A DNA stretch of 64,000 bases from Coleofasciculus sp. B1-GNL1-01 (GCA_040220235.1 JAVJTO010000059.1); one strand, 5' to 3'; shown: positions 40,474 through 51,967, counted from the stretch's first letter. Made by a program: numbers and translations. Notes: generated by a model not told the origin, from the sequence alone.

Positions 40474-41611
40474 GGTTAAACAACGAATTTTAATGTTGTC
40501 CACTTGTATGGGACTCGGTGGTGCAGATCAACAGATTTTGTACCTTGTTCGTACTTTACTCAAGCGGGGATACGAGATTCAAATTGTGTCGATGACACCG
40601 TTGGGTGCCATGGGGAAAGAAGCTCAATCAGAGGGTTTACCCATTCAAAGCCTTAATATGCAAAGGGGTGTACCCGACCCCAAAGCAATTTTCAAACTTG
40701 CCAGAATACTACATCAATGGCAGCCTGATATTCTCCACAGTCACATGGTACATGCTAATTTTCTGGCACGGGTGAGTCGGTTATTTTCTCATTTGCCTGT
40801 GCTAGTTTGTACAACATCCAACATTAACGAGGGAGGTCGATGGCGAGAATGCGTCTATCAATTGACTGACTTTCTCTGCGACATCACGACTCAAAAGAGT
40901 CATGCTGGAGCTGAGCGATATGTGAGCATAAAAGCTGTACCAAGAACAAAACTTAGGGTGCTTCCCAACGGCATAGATATTCAAAAATTTAAACCCAATC
41001 GAGAAGCCAAGCAACGCCTACGACAGGAGTTAAGTTTAGAGGAGCAATTTATTGGCTTAGCTGTAGGGCGATTTCGTCCACCCAAGGATTATCCGAATTT
41101 ACTCCAAGCCTTTAGTCGAATTAAAGCAAATTCTATTAATACAGTGTTAACTCTTGTTGGCGAGGGAAGTCTTAAGCCAGAGATGAAAGCATTAGCTAAA
41201 ACTCTTGGCATTCATGAGCAAGTCAAATTTTTGGAACCGAGACGAGATATTCCTGATTTAATGAATATTGCCGATTTCTATATCATGTCTTCGGCGTGGG
41301 AAGGAATGCCAATGGTACTTTTAGAAGCAGCATCGGTTGGACTACCTATTGTGGCGACTGATGTAGGTGGTAATGGGGAAATTGTCTTGGATGGCAAAAA
41401 CGGTTTCTTGGTTCCCCCTCGCCATCCAGACGCTTTAGCGCAAGCGCTGGAACGGATGATGAATTTATCTCCACAAGAGCGTCAACAAATGGGGCAGTTT
41501 AGTCGAAAGCATGTAGAGCTTAATTACAGCATTGAGCGAGTTGTAGATAGGTGGGAAGCACTCTACCAGCAGTTGCTAGACAAAACCAGCTCACAGGATC
41601 AGGGGGTATAG
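40466..41611 (+). CDS. GT4 glycosyltransferase
   Basis: GGA, PNGID, EGMPMVLLEA. Confidence 0.92.
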   Translation: MIRVKQRILMLSTCMGLGGADQQILYLVRTLLKRGYEIQIVSMTPLGAMGKEAQSEGLPIQSLNMQRGVPDPKAIFKLARILHQWQPDILHSHMVHANFLARVSRLFSHLPVLVCTTSNINEGGRWRECVYQLTDFLCDITTQKSHAGAERYVSIKAVPRTKLRVLPNGIDIQKFKPNREAKQRLRQELSLEEQFIGLAVGRFRPPKDYPNLLQAFSRIKANSINTVLTLVGEGSLKPEMKALAKTLGIHEQVKFLEPRRDIPDLMNIADFYIMSSAWEGMPMVLLEAASVGLPIVATDVGGNGEIVLDGKNGFLVPPRHPDALAQALERMMNLSPQERQQMGQFSRKHVELNYSIERVVDRWEALYQQLLDKTSSQDQGV

Positions 41612-41864
41612 CTGGGCGCCCCGAAAAATAATCTATGTTACAGCCAAAATGATATCTGCGAGTCTCAAGGAAAATAATCTTTAGTTAAAATTTTTATCGG
41701 AGCCTGTCAACCGTGAAAACCCCTAGATAGGCTAGTTGAGTAGGGAGATTATTTCCGGAATTTGACTGACGACTTCTGGTGTATCTATCAAATAGTATGA
41801 AGTTGATCAGGCGACTTTTTAATCTTAAAGGCATGTAACGTTCAATCACGAATTATAAATAAAA

Positions 41865-42536
41865 ATGAAAAAAATATTACTTTTTAGTGCTGAAGTGATA
41901 CTTCTTTGCAGTACTGCTGTTCCAGCCCAAGCTACTATACTTAACGTGAGCCAGGGTGGACAGATTATTACTGCCCCCAGTTCCGTCTCCTACAATTTTC
42001 CAGGATATGAACATCCAAATTTCATGCTCGGCTTCTCCGAAAAGCAAAACGTTAAGCTCTCTTCCAATCTCGCCATTGATGGTGGCTTCATCGCCGCAGG
42101 GCAGCTAGTGAGTAGCCACATGATCTTCCTGAATACTCCAGGTTCTCGGCGGTTAGCGTTATCGAATATTAACTGGACTTTTGACAGCACAATTCTGGGC
42201 GTAATGTCGGATGGTAACGGTTTATTAGAAGCAGCGAGTAATACTCTGTTGGGTGTTCCTCATACGTTCTATCCTGGTAGCTTTACGCAACGGGGTTTAG
42301 AATGGAGCCGCCAAGAAAATTACTCTGAAGTTGGTTCTAATGTGTTGATCGTATCAATGAAGACAACTACACCAGGCGACTGGATTAGAGTCGTCACCCA
42401 AGCAAAGCCGATACCTGAACCGACATCTACTTTGGGTTTATTGACAATATCTTTGGTGGCTAAGGCAGTCCTGAAGCGTACACGTAAGCCCAGTGATCTT
42501 ACATCGCTCCCCCAAAACAGTCCTGACATGCGTTAG
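41865..42536 (+). CDS. PEP-CTERM surface protein
   Basis: Signal peptide (AQA); C-terminal IPEPTSTLGLL..LKR. Confidence 0.8.
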   Translation: MKKILLFSAEVILLCSTAVPAQATILNVSQGGQIITAPSSVSYNFPGYEHPNFMLGFSEKQNVKLSSNLAIDGGFIAAGQLVSSHMIFLNTPGSRRLALSNINWTFDSTILGVMSDGNGLLEAASNTLLGVPHTFYPGSFTQRGLEWSRQENYSEVGSNVLIVSMKTTTPGDWIRVVTQAKPIPEPTSTLGLLTISLVAKAVLKRTRKPSDLTSLPQNSPDMR

Positions 42537-42841
42537 CGGCTCATCTTCCTGTGGAGATGAGAATACGACGGTTGAGCAGCTTACCTTATCGGACTAAAAC
42601 TATCCTCCTGTAGATAGAGTTCTTTTTACAAACCCTTATGCCACATTTCGATCATTGAGTCGCAAGACTTGACTAGCCGTCACCCAATCCAAAATACTGA
42701 TGCCTGATGGAGGCAAGCGCTATATACATCACCCAGATAGTTGTATTTCTTCCAAGCTCTTCACCAAACCCAGGCAAATGCTTATACTGGAAGATAACTT
42801 AGCGATGCCATTCACCTATCCATATTAGTAGGATATGTCGT

Positions 42842-44080
42842 GTGAAGTTCAAGCATCGCCCCAAAATTTTGCTGGTCGCTAACACGGGTTGGAATCTTTA
42901 CAACTTCCGCTTACCCTTGGCTCGATTTCTCCGTCTACGAGGAATCGAGGTTATTTTTGTTTCTCCCCCAGATCCCTACGTATACCGACTGCAAGCCGAA
43001 GGATTTCGCTGGATTCCCTTGCGCCTCTGTCGGCGCAGTATCAATCCCCTGGTCGAACTCTTGACTATTGGTCATTTAACCCGGATTTACTGGCAAGAAA
43101 AGCCCGCTGCTGTCCATCACTTTACGCTCAAATGTGTTCTTGTGGGAACGATCGCGGCTAAGCTAAGTGGTACAACTGGGGTGGTGAATGCGATTACGGG
43201 ATTAGGCTACATTTTTAGTAGCAGTGAGTGGAAGGCTCGGATCTTGAAACTCATCTTCATTATCGTCGGTAGATGGGTATTGAGAGCTCGCAGGGCAATG
43301 GTTGTGTTTCAGAATCAGGATGATCGGCAAGTTTTCACCACCCTGAAGCTGACTAATCCCTACCGAACTGTACTGATCAGAAGTTCGGGTATCGATTTGC
43401 AGCGCTTTTCACCGCCGCTTCATCCACCAGATGTTCCGTTGACGCCAGTCGTCCTGCTTGCTGCCCGCCTGATTACAGAAAAAGGTGTTATAGAATACGT
43501 AGAGGCTGCTCATATTCTCAAAGCTCGTGGCGTTCGGGCAACGTTTCAGATCGCGGGTGAGCCAGACTTGGGTAATCCTGCTTCCATTTCTCCGACCACT
43601 TTACAACACTGGCAACGGGAAGGAATCGTTGACCTGCTGGGTCATCTGGAGAACATTGAACAGTTCATTGCTCATTCAACCCTTGTCGTGTTACCTTCCC
43701 ACGGTGGGGAGGGTGTTCCTCGTATTTTACTAGAAGCGGCGGCGATGGAAAAACCCTTGGTCGCCACTGATGTCCCTGGCTGTCGAGAGGCAATTGACCC
43801 AGGGAAAAATGGCGTTTTGGTTCCGGTAAAGAATGCGGCGCGGTTGGCTGATGCGATTGAGATCCTCTTAAACGACGCCAATTTGTGCCAAGCCATGGGA
43901 GTCGCTGGACGAGAAAAAGTCTTGCGAGAGTTTGATGATCGCAGCGTGATTCAAAAAACAGCCAAGGTTTACCAAGCGATAGGTATACCACTACTGCACG
44001 TTCAACAAACTTGTGACTCGAGTTTTCTCAGGGCTGACAAAAGCGGATTGGGTATCGCTCAAACTGGAGAAGAGGGTTGA
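42842..44080 (+). CDS. GT4 glycosyltransferase (CapM-like)
   Basis: NFRLPL, ITGLG, EKGV.EY.EAA, EGVPRILLEA, TDVPGCRE. Confidence 0.92.
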   Translation: MKFKHRPKILLVANTGWNLYNFRLPLARFLRLRGIEVIFVSPPDPYVYRLQAEGFRWIPLRLCRRSINPLVELLTIGHLTRIYWQEKPAAVHHFTLKCVLVGTIAAKLSGTTGVVNAITGLGYIFSSSEWKARILKLIFIIVGRWVLRARRAMVVFQNQDDRQVFTTLKLTNPYRTVLIRSSGIDLQRFSPPLHPPDVPLTPVVLLAARLITEKGVIEYVEAAHILKARGVRATFQIAGEPDLGNPASISPTTLQHWQREGIVDLLGHLENIEQFIAHSTLVVLPSHGGEGVPRILLEAAAMEKPLVATDVPGCREAIDPGKNGVLVPVKNAARLADAIEILLNDANLCQAMGVAGREKVLREFDDRSVIQKTAKVYQAIGIPLLHVQQTCDSSFLRADKSGLGIAQTGEEG

Positions 44081-46557
44081 CAACTCAGGGCAGCTTTTGG
44101 ATAAGCAATCCGCTGGTGATTGCACTGTTGCCAAACTTTGACAAAGACTTCCGCCGTAATCAATAATTCTTCTTTGGTTAACCCCGAATCAACTAACTGG
44201 TTATCTTCCCATCGGGCTTTGAGAATTTTCTTAACCGTGATTAAGGCGGTGTCCGGGGTAACATCTTTAAGCGATCGCAGCGCCGCTTCACAGGCATCGG
44301 CTAACATGACAATTCCGGTTTCTCGCGACTGAGGAATCGGTCCATCATAGCGAAAGTCTGCTTCTTTCACCGAATTTTCCCCCTCTTCCTGAGCGCGTTG
44401 TTTGGCTTGAAAGTAAAAATAGGAAATCAGCAGTTTACCTTGGTGTTCGGGAATAAAATCCCGAATCGCTTTCGGTAACTGATGTTTGCGAGCCATGACC
44501 AACCCTTCAGAGACATGCTTTTTAATAATCTCGGCACTCTTACGGGGGTCGTTAATTTGATCATGTTTATTGGGACCGCCCATTTGATTTTCAATAAATC
44601 CCAACGGATCATGCATTTTACCAATATCGTGATACAAAGTACCTGCCCGAACCAGTTCCACATTACAGTGAAGTTCACGAGCGGCGGCTTCGGCTAACGA
44701 GGCAACAAACAAGGTATGTTGGAATGTTCCTGGCGCTTCGGTGGCTAACCGTTTGAGCAATGAACGGTTCGGATTGGACAACTCCGCTAACCGAATTGGC
44801 GTCACCAAATCAAACAAGCGTTCTAGATAAGGAGAGAGTCCCAATGCCACAATACTCCAGGCTAACCCCGATAGCCCGTAGAGAGCCGCACCCGGTAGCA
44901 CCGCGTACCAAATTGTGCCAGCACTGGCACTCATAATCAGATTCAGGACGAGATGAACGCTGCCCTGGGTCAATCCCACGATACCGCCTAATAACGCCAA
45001 TTCCTCCCGCGATCGCATCCGTCCGGCAATTAACGCTCCCACCAAACCCCCGGCACCCCCCGCAATTAAAAATTCCCAGCTCACCTCCATGCTAAATGTG
45101 ACCAACCCGGTCAACAGTGTCACCACAGTCGCACCCAAGCTTGACCCATAAAAACTCCCCACTAACAACCCAATCGCGGGCAGGCTATTATATTGCCCCC
45201 CCAAGAGTGCCAAGACGGGCGTACTTAAACTCAACAGCAGCACCAAAATATGGTCACGTCGCCGCAGGGGGGGATGGACTCGACGTTCGACCAACCAAAA
45301 AATACCAACTCCCCCGGTAACCAAACCGCCAAATCCAATCAGCCCGAGCCAGTTAATTTCGCGACGACTCAAGCCGTAGTAATCCAGCAGGACAAAATCC
45401 GCCTGGGTAATTTCCTCGCCCGCTTCGACAATAACTTCTCCTTCTTGAGCCGTCACCATCACAGGATCTACAGATCGAGCGGCTTGTTCTGCCCGGCGCT
45501 TGGTTTGTTCTGTATCTTCGATTAGATTGGGCTTTAAGTTAGAGGTCAGGAATTCCACGGCTAAGGGTTGTGCCTCAGCCGGAACCAGTGTACTCACCTG
45601 CACCGCTACCGCATTGTCTAATAGATCCGAGGGCAATCCCGGCGGAATTCCTTGGGTCAGAATGTGGCGAGTGGCATCCTGAATTCCCTGTCGAGTTTTC
45701 TGCCAAGCCGAATCAGACAGATCGAGTACGGATGCATCATAGGCAGGAGTTGATTCCGGGGTTACACTTGATGACAGTTGAGCCACTGCCTTTTGGTAAC
45801 CCTGACGAGCTTTACTGGCTGTCTGCATCAACTCAGAGAAGGCTGGAGTAGATGCTACTTGACGGTAACTTTGCAATTCGCTTACTGCTTGGACAAACTC
45901 CCGAGTCAACGGTTTTTTCTCTCGGTTCGGGATAACCACGCCAGGCTCAAAGGGGTTAACCGGAGCATTATCTTCGACGAAAGCAACAATAGCTTGCCAT
46001 TCCCAGGCTTCACTCTGGCGCAGATACTGCTGGGTGGCGGCGGACAGCACGGAGGTTGGGACAAACGGAAACGAACCACTAATTTCTCGCCATTGGTCTA
46101 TTTTGTCCAATGATTGTTGTAGGCTTTGATCAATCTCTTGGTTCACAGATTTGTCAATCTTTAAAACCGGGAACGAACCCGTCCGAGCCTCTTTGCGTTT
46201 TTCTTCTGTGGTTTTTGTGTCCTCAACACTGGCGTCAAAGCGAGCGCGAATGGTATAGGGGGCGTCCCTACCCACATCGAGGGTTGGTTGATTGTAAAAG
46301 CGGTTGCCCATCACGCTGGTGAGAGAAACGACGGCTAAGATAAACATGACGGGTGAACGTCCTTGCCGCTTTGCTGATGGTGGTGGATTGCCTTTTGTCC
46401 CCAGGAAAGAAAGGGTTTGTTTTAACGGATGACCTGGCTTTTTTTGCTCAGGGGAAAGATGACCATCAGATCCGACGAATGGAAGGATGGTACGAAATTG
46501 CTCAGATTTTTGCCGCAGGTGGTTTAGCTGTTGCGTCAACGAGTGGAGCGTTTTCAT
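44059..46557 (-). CDS. 7TM-HD phosphohydrolase (PgpH-like cyclic dinucleotide phosphodiesterase family)
   Basis: Extracellular domain, 7 TM, EAPGTFQH, YHDIGK, F.ENQ, FRY.GP.P, MLAD..EA. Confidence 0.9.
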   Translation of the reverse strand: MKTLHSLTQQLNHLRQKSEQFRTILPFVGSDGHLSPEQKKPGHPLKQTLSFLGTKGNPPPSAKRQGRSPVMFILAVVSLTSVMGNRFYNQPTLDVGRDAPYTIRARFDASVEDTKTTEEKRKEARTGSFPVLKIDKSVNQEIDQSLQQSLDKIDQWREISGSFPFVPTSVLSAATQQYLRQSEAWEWQAIVAFVEDNAPVNPFEPGVVIPNREKKPLTREFVQAVSELQSYRQVASTPAFSELMQTASKARQGYQKAVAQLSSSVTPESTPAYDASVLDLSDSAWQKTRQGIQDATRHILTQGIPPGLPSDLLDNAVAVQVSTLVPAEAQPLAVEFLTSNLKPNLIEDTEQTKRRAEQAARSVDPVMVTAQEGEVIVEAGEEITQADFVLLDYYGLSRREINWLGLIGFGGLVTGGVGIFWLVERRVHPPLRRRDHILVLLLSLSTPVLALLGGQYNSLPAIGLLVGSFYGSSLGATVVTLLTGLVTFSMEVSWEFLIAGGAGGLVGALIAGRMRSREELALLGGIVGLTQGSVHLVLNLIMSASAGTIWYAVLPGAALYGLSGLAWSIVALGLSPYLERLFDLVTPIRLAELSNPNRSLLKRLATEAPGTFQHTLFVASLAEAAARELHCNVELVRAGTLYHDIGKMHDPLGFIENQMGGPNKHDQINDPRKSAEIIKKHVSEGLVMARKHQLPKAIRDFIPEHQGKLLISYFYFQAKQRAQEEGENSVKEADFRYDGPIPQSRETGIVMLADACEAALRSLKDVTPDTALITVKKILKARWEDNQLVDSGLTKEELLITAEVFVKVWQQCNHQRIAYPKAALSCQPSSPV

Positions 46558-46719
46558 AGCAGAAGAGTTGCCTTTTTAGGTGAGCGGTAGCGGTGAAACC
46601 GCGAGGCAGACAGGTGGGGGAATTGGCGGTTAGTTCATTGGGTTTCAGTTAGTCGGCTGTAATGTTTGAGTTTAGCTCTTTTTAGCTGACAAAACATGGT
46701 TTACCCACCTATCTATAAC

Positions 46720-47700
46720 TTATAAACGACGTTGAATGATACCCGGTGCAGCAACGGCTGCTTGTTTGTACCGACCATTGATTTGGTTTTGATCATAAAC
46801 CCCTAGCCAAACCGCTAGTAATTGGTCTGTTAATTGTCGCCTCTTTTTGAAGACCGGAATTTTTAGGGCAGCAACTCGCCAGCTTACTGGAATACCGTTG
46901 ATACCGTTATAAACACCCGCTAATGCCCCTGTCAAAGCTGCCGTAATTGGGTTTTGGTAACCGCTACGAACGGCACGGATGACACAGAGACGAAAATCTT
47001 CGGGTGTATAGAGGAAACAATAAAAGGCTAAAGCAATCGCCATATCTGAGGCATCCCCCCTATTACCTAATTTTGCGGCTAGACGGCGCACCTTCCTCGT
47101 GGTGGTTTCTAAATCTGTACCTGCTTCTATGAGGGTTTGGATCTGTTGTAATTGGTAGGTTAAGATGGTTTCTTCTGTCCCCAAGCCCCTAAGGATGTGG
47201 GGAATCAGGGTTGTTCGGTTAAGGGTTTCGGTGAGAGTCAGAGCCATGGCGGTAGCGATTGCCAACACCCCAGCCGAGGCGTCGGTTTCGAGTTGCCAAA
47301 TTGCTGCCGCCTGAACCAGGTGTTGCCGTAACCACTCTTGATTTTCGTGAAAAAAAAGCGCCATTTGCAGAGTTGCCACTGCTGCTTCACTGCTTTGTGC
47401 TTTCCCTTTCAATTCTAGGAGTGAGGGTTGAGTTTGGCGACAGCGAATCAGCCAATCGTCTAGATTCAGTCTGCCTGTGTCAATTAAACTCTCGAGTCCA
47501 CAAGTGGCGATTTGACTCCAAGCGGAGAGTTTGGGGATACAGGGGTGGGACTGACTCGGTTTGGGTTGGCGTTTGGTGAACTGAAGCGATTGTCTGCCAC
47601 CTGGATCACCGAGTCCTTGATCAAGGTGATGGCTGACCAGCTCACCAATTAAGCTACCCAGTAATGCTCCTTGAAATCGGCACAGAAGAGAATGCTGCAT
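46720..47700 (-). CDS. ADP-ribosylglycohydrolase-family protein (degenerate active site)
   Basis: RFQGALLG...GE; AALTGALAG.Y.G..GIP..W. Confidence 0.8.
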   Translation of the reverse strand: MQHSLLCRFQGALLGSLIGELVSHHLDQGLGDPGGRQSLQFTKRQPKPSQSHPCIPKLSAWSQIATCGLESLIDTGRLNLDDWLIRCRQTQPSLLELKGKAQSSEAAVATLQMALFFHENQEWLRQHLVQAAAIWQLETDASAGVLAIATAMALTLTETLNRTTLIPHILRGLGTEETILTYQLQQIQTLIEAGTDLETTTRKVRRLAAKLGNRGDASDMAIALAFYCFLYTPEDFRLCVIRAVRSGYQNPITAALTGALAGVYNGINGIPVSWRVAALKIPVFKKRRQLTDQLLAVWLGVYDQNQINGRYKQAAVAAPGIIQRRL

Positions 47701-48173
47701 TAATTTGCTCTTGCCCCTGTTTTCAGGGTATGGACGAGAGCTAAGAGTCCCAAGCGATAACTTTCGGCACCAAAACCGCTGATCTGACCGACAGCTACGG
47801 GGGCGATGAAGGAGTGATGTCGAAATGGTTCGCGCTGATAGATATTACTCAGATGGACTTCCACTACAGGCAGGGCTACGGCGGCTAAGGCATCGCGTAG
47901 GGCTACACTGGTATGAGTGTAAGCACCAGCATTGATTAATATCCCATGATGCTGTGTTCTCGCTGCTTGTATGGCATCAACTAAAACGCCTTCATGGTTG
48001 GACTGTAATGTCACAACTTGGCAGGATAATGAACTCGCCTCCTGTTGCAGGAGTTGGTCAATTTCCGCCAAGGTCACAGATCCATAAATACCAGGCTCTC
48101 GGAGTCCTAGAAGATTCAAGTTTGGACCATGCAGGACGAGAATACTCAAAGAACTCCGAGCTTCATTCGGCAC
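47700..48173 (-). CDS. aroQ: Type II 3-dehydroquinate dehydratase
   Basis: [32 protein letters not shown]. Confidence 0.97.
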   Translation of the reverse strand: MPNEARSSLSILVLHGPNLNLLGLREPGIYGSVTLAEIDQLLQQEASSLSCQVVTLQSNHEGVLVDAIQAARTQHHGILINAGAYTHTSVALRDALAAVALPVVEVHLSNIYQREPFRHHSFIAPVAVGQISGFGAESYRLGLLALVHTLKTGARAN

Positions 48174-48182
48174 GTTAACTAA

Positions 48183-48323
48183 TTACCGAGAACGACGGCG
48201 TGGATTATTAACTGGAATGGGGATGGGTTCGGGTTCCGGCTGAGGTTCAGGACCCAAGAGGGTTCCAACCAGCTTGCGTGCCCATTCTTTCAGTTTTTCC
48301 AACACCTTTTCTATATAATCCAT
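48183..48323 (-). CDS. 46-aa small protein (not in the ORF track)
   Basis: MDYIEKVLEKLKEWARKLVGTLLGPEPQPEPEPIPIPVNNPRRRSR; AGGAG RBS; stop 9 nt before the aroQ start. Confidence 0.8.
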   Translation of the reverse strand: MDYIEKVLEKLKEWARKLVGTLLGPEPQPEPEPIPIPVNNPRRRSR

Positions 48324-48675
48324 TAAACTGAATGCTCCTGTGAGACAACTTAATAGGTTTTTGACCGTCTTAACAACAGGACGAGTGCTAGAAGCCTTTC
48401 ACAGCACTACTTGGGGAACTCTTGGGCGCTTTATTGGGCGCTTTGGTGAAAACCTTACCCAAGTTAAGACTATGACGCTGATATTAAACTGAGCGGTTTT
48501 CCTATTCCTATGCACCGTCTGGATCGTTTTAACCCATCTGTTGCATTTCTTAACGTTCAGCATAACACAGAACCCCAAAGCCTAGCTATCCCCTAAATGG
48601 AATATGGAGTCGATCCTGCGATCGCAACGGTTTTGGCTTCTCTACCTTTAGTTATAACTCAAGTTAGATGTGAGC

Positions 48676-49932
48676 CTAATGGTATTGCTCCAATAGTCGG
48701 CGTCGCAGTTGGTCGAGGGCATAACAGGCACTCCAATGACGAACCGAAGCCCGATCGCGATCGCGACCAAAGTTATATTTAAAACACTCAACTCTATCAT
48801 CTGGCGTCGCCAGACCGATATACACCAACCCCACGGGCTTAGATTCATTCCCACCGCCGGGTCCAGCAATGCCAGTAATACTCACACCCCAATCCGTCGT
48901 CAGCCGCGATCGCACACCCAATGCCATCTGCTGGGCAACAGGTTTACTCACCGCCCCCCATTTATCCAGATCTGATGACTTAACGCCAAGTAAGGAGACT
49001 TTTACGTCATTGCTATAAGAAATTATCCCACCCTTAAAATAGTCAGAACTTCCGGGAATAGCTGTCAACATGCTGCCTAAACCGCCTCCCGTACAGGATT
49101 CGGCTACACTCACCGTTTGATTCACGTCCTGTAACAGCTGACCCACAACCGAGGCTAGGGTATCTGTATCCACACCAAAATAGTCAGCCCCAGCAATTTG
49201 CCGCAGTTGCTTGACAACAGGCTCAATTACCTGTAAAGCTTCCCCTTGAGACGGCGCACGGGCGCTAACCCGTAACCGGACTTCTCCCTGAGAGGCGTAG
49301 GGGGCGACAGTGGGGTTGGTTAAGTCAAAAAATGACGCGACTTTTTCGGCTAACGCGGATTCCCCAATCCCCCAGAATCGTAAGGTTTGACTATAGATAA
49401 TTTGTTGTCCCCAACCTTGACCTTTGAGATAGGGAACCGCCGTTTCTCGCCACATCCGCTGCATTTCACTGGGAACACCGGGAAAGGTAAGAATGGTTAA
49501 ACCGGGGCGTGGATGCCAGATTATACCCGGTGCGGTTCCCTTGGGGTTTGGTAAAACCTTCGCCCCTTCCGGAATCAGGGCTTGCTTATGATTATTGGGG
49601 GTCATTTGACGCCCCCGTTGAGCAAATTTGCGAGCAATATCCTCAATGATGTCAAATTGCTCAATCAGGGGAACACCGAAAAAATCCGCTAAGGTTTCCG
49701 TCGTCAAGTCATCGGGTGTCGGTCCCAATCCTCCCGTAAAAATCAGAATCGCCGAGCGATCGCACGCCATTGCCAAGACTTGCTTTAACCGAGAGGGATT
49801 ATCTCCCACAACGGTTTGATAGTAGTGAGGAATACCCAGATCTGCCAGTTCGAGGGCTAAAAACTGGGCATTCGTATTCAGAATATCCCCCAGTAGTAAC
49901 TCTGTACCAACACAAATGATTTCTGCGCTCAT
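48676..49932 (-). CDS. cinA: Competence/damage-inducible protein A
   Basis: VGTELLLG..NTNA, GGLGPT.DD.T, AESCTGG, ITGIAGPGGG. Confidence 0.95.
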   Translation of the reverse strand: MSAEIICVGTELLLGDILNTNAQFLALELADLGIPHYYQTVVGDNPSRLKQVLAMACDRSAILIFTGGLGPTPDDLTTETLADFFGVPLIEQFDIIEDIARKFAQRGRQMTPNNHKQALIPEGAKVLPNPKGTAPGIIWHPRPGLTILTFPGVPSEMQRMWRETAVPYLKGQGWGQQIIYSQTLRFWGIGESALAEKVASFFDLTNPTVAPYASQGEVRLRVSARAPSQGEALQVIEPVVKQLRQIAGADYFGVDTDTLASVVGQLLQDVNQTVSVAESCTGGGLGSMLTAIPGSSDYFKGGIISYSNDVKVSLLGVKSSDLDKWGAVSKPVAQQMALGVRSRLTTDWGVSITGIAGPGGGNESKPVGLVYIGLATPDDRVECFKYNFGRDRDRASVRHWSACYALDQLRRRLLEQYH

Positions 49933-50088
49933 TGGTTTGTCCTTTGTCCTTGGTCATTTGTCCTTGGGCAAAATAAATAGAGAATAGCAAACAGCCGACT
50001 TGACGCTCCCTTATATGACGAATGACGTAGCTTGCTTCTCGCTTAGCGAGTATGACGAATGACAAATGACGAATGACGAATGACAAAA

Positions 50089-51372
50089 TTACACCATTGT
50101 GGGTACAGGAATATTGAGATGGGGATATAAGGGGAAGCGATCGCACAATTGAGCCACGCGACGCCGACAATCAACGGCGATGGTTTCATCCTCTGGATTG
50201 AGTAAGCGATCGGCAATAATATCACCAATCTCGGTAAATTCAGCCACGCCCATCCCTCGTGTCGTCATTGCGGGAGACCCAAGACGTAAGCCACTGGTGA
50301 CAAAGGGAGACTCTGGATCAAAGGGAACCGTATTTTTATTCGCGGTAATGTTCACACCACTCACCAGTTGATCCGCCCGCTTCCCGGTCATGGAAATACA
50401 GCGTAAATCCACCAGCATTAAATGATTATCCGTCCCGCCAGAGACAATTTTCAAACCCCGTTTTTGCAGTTGACTGGCGAGGGCTTGGGCATTTTCAATC
50501 ACATTCGCCGAATACTCTTTGAACGCAGGTTGTAACGCTTCACCAAACGCCACAGCTTTCGCCGCGATCGCATGTTCTAATGGACCGCCCTGACTTCCTG
50601 GGAACACCGCTTTATCCAGCTTTTTGCCGATGTCAGGATCACGGGTGAGAATTAAGCCGCCTCGGGTTCCCCGCAGGGTTTTGTGCGTGGTGGTGGTGAC
50701 TACATCACAATGAGAAATTGGGTTGGGATGATGACCTGTCGCCACTAAACCCGCGATGTGAGCAATATCCGCCACCAGGTAAGCGCCCACTTCATCCGCA
50801 ATGCTGCGGAATTTTTCAAAGTCAATAATACGCGGATAAGCCGAATAGCCACAAATCAGCATCTGGGGGCGTTCTTTGATGGCAAGTTCGCGCACCTGAT
50901 CATAATCCAGTTGCTCGGTGTCAGCGTTAACGCCATAGTGACAAACCTTAAACCACTTCCCGGACACATTTACAGGCGAACCATGAGTGAGGTGTCCCCC
51001 ATGGGATAAATCCATCCCCATAATCGTGTCTCCTGGCTTGAGCAGCGCTAGGAATACCGCAAAATTGGCTTGAGCGCCGGAATGGGGTTGGACATTGGCA
51101 TGAGCCGCCCCAAAGAGCCGTTTAGCCCGGTCAATAGCAAGTTGTTCTACTTTATCGATGAATTCACAACCGCCATAGTAACGCTTTCCAGGTAAGCCTT
51201 CGGCGTATTTATTGGTTAAGACTGATCCTTGAGCCGCCAGTACGGCTGGGGAGGTAAAGTTTTCACTGGCAATCAGTTCCAGATGGTCACGCTGGCGCTG
51301 AAGTTCAAGGCTTATCCCCTCAGAGACTTCTGGGTCAGTTTGGGCGAGAAAATCTAAGTTCGTTTGAGTCAC
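50089..51372 (-). CDS. glyA: Serine hydroxymethyltransferase
   Basis: [29 protein letters not shown]. Confidence 0.98.
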   Translation of the reverse strand: MTQTNLDFLAQTDPEVSEGISLELQRQRDHLELIASENFTSPAVLAAQGSVLTNKYAEGLPGKRYYGGCEFIDKVEQLAIDRAKRLFGAAHANVQPHSGAQANFAVFLALLKPGDTIMGMDLSHGGHLTHGSPVNVSGKWFKVCHYGVNADTEQLDYDQVRELAIKERPQMLICGYSAYPRIIDFEKFRSIADEVGAYLVADIAHIAGLVATGHHPNPISHCDVVTTTTHKTLRGTRGGLILTRDPDIGKKLDKAVFPGSQGGPLEHAIAAKAVAFGEALQPAFKEYSANVIENAQALASQLQKRGLKIVSGGTDNHLMLVDLRCISMTGKRADQLVSGVNITANKNTVPFDPESPFVTSGLRLGSPAMTTRGMGVAEFTEIGDIIADRLLNPEDETIAVDCRRRVAQLCDRFPLYPHLNIPVPTMV

Positions 51373-51603
51373 GTCCGTCTATACCTTACGATGCTTTGCC
51401 GTCCAGTTGGGTTCATAACAAGTTTTACCACATTCGACCTGTTACCGTTGCTTGGCTCAAACGATGACCTATCTGCCCCGCTTTTTGAAGATGTCGAGTA
51501 TCGAGGGGATGAAAGTTAAGCTCTGTGTTGATCGAGAGCCTCTAGCTATAGACGTAAATTAACATGGGATCAGCGGTCTAGTGGATTTGACCGGAGGTGT
51601 TCT

Positions 51604-51801
51604 ATGTTAGTTATTCTTACCGAAGAGCAAATTTTGTCACCGACTCAAGTTTGCCAAAGCTGTTTGCTGGCTGACAGCAAGGGTCAACCGCGTTGGCGTC
51701 GGGGTAAGCTGGGATGTGGTCATGCTATTCGCAAACTTACACCCCATCAGCCGGAGCAATATGAGTGCGAAATGGGTTTCCGTATCGCTAACCTTGAATA
51801 G
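51604..51801 (+). CDS. Conserved small Cys-containing cyanobacterial protein
   Basis: GGAGG RBS; CQSC..C..C.MGF. Confidence 0.75.
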   Translation: MLVILTEEQILSPTQVCQSCLLADSKGQPRWRRGKLGCGHAIRKLTPHQPEQYECEMGFRIANLE

Positions 51802-51967
51802 TTTATCATCTGGGACAATAAACTGAACTACTGTCCGAGTCGGAAATAGTCCTTAAATCCTGACATAAGACCCATGGCAGATGACAGCGTTCATCGAAAT
51901 GGGTCACCTACGTTATCCTGAAAATAGTTAGATAGCGATTTGAACCACCCGAAAAGGAGAAGCAACG

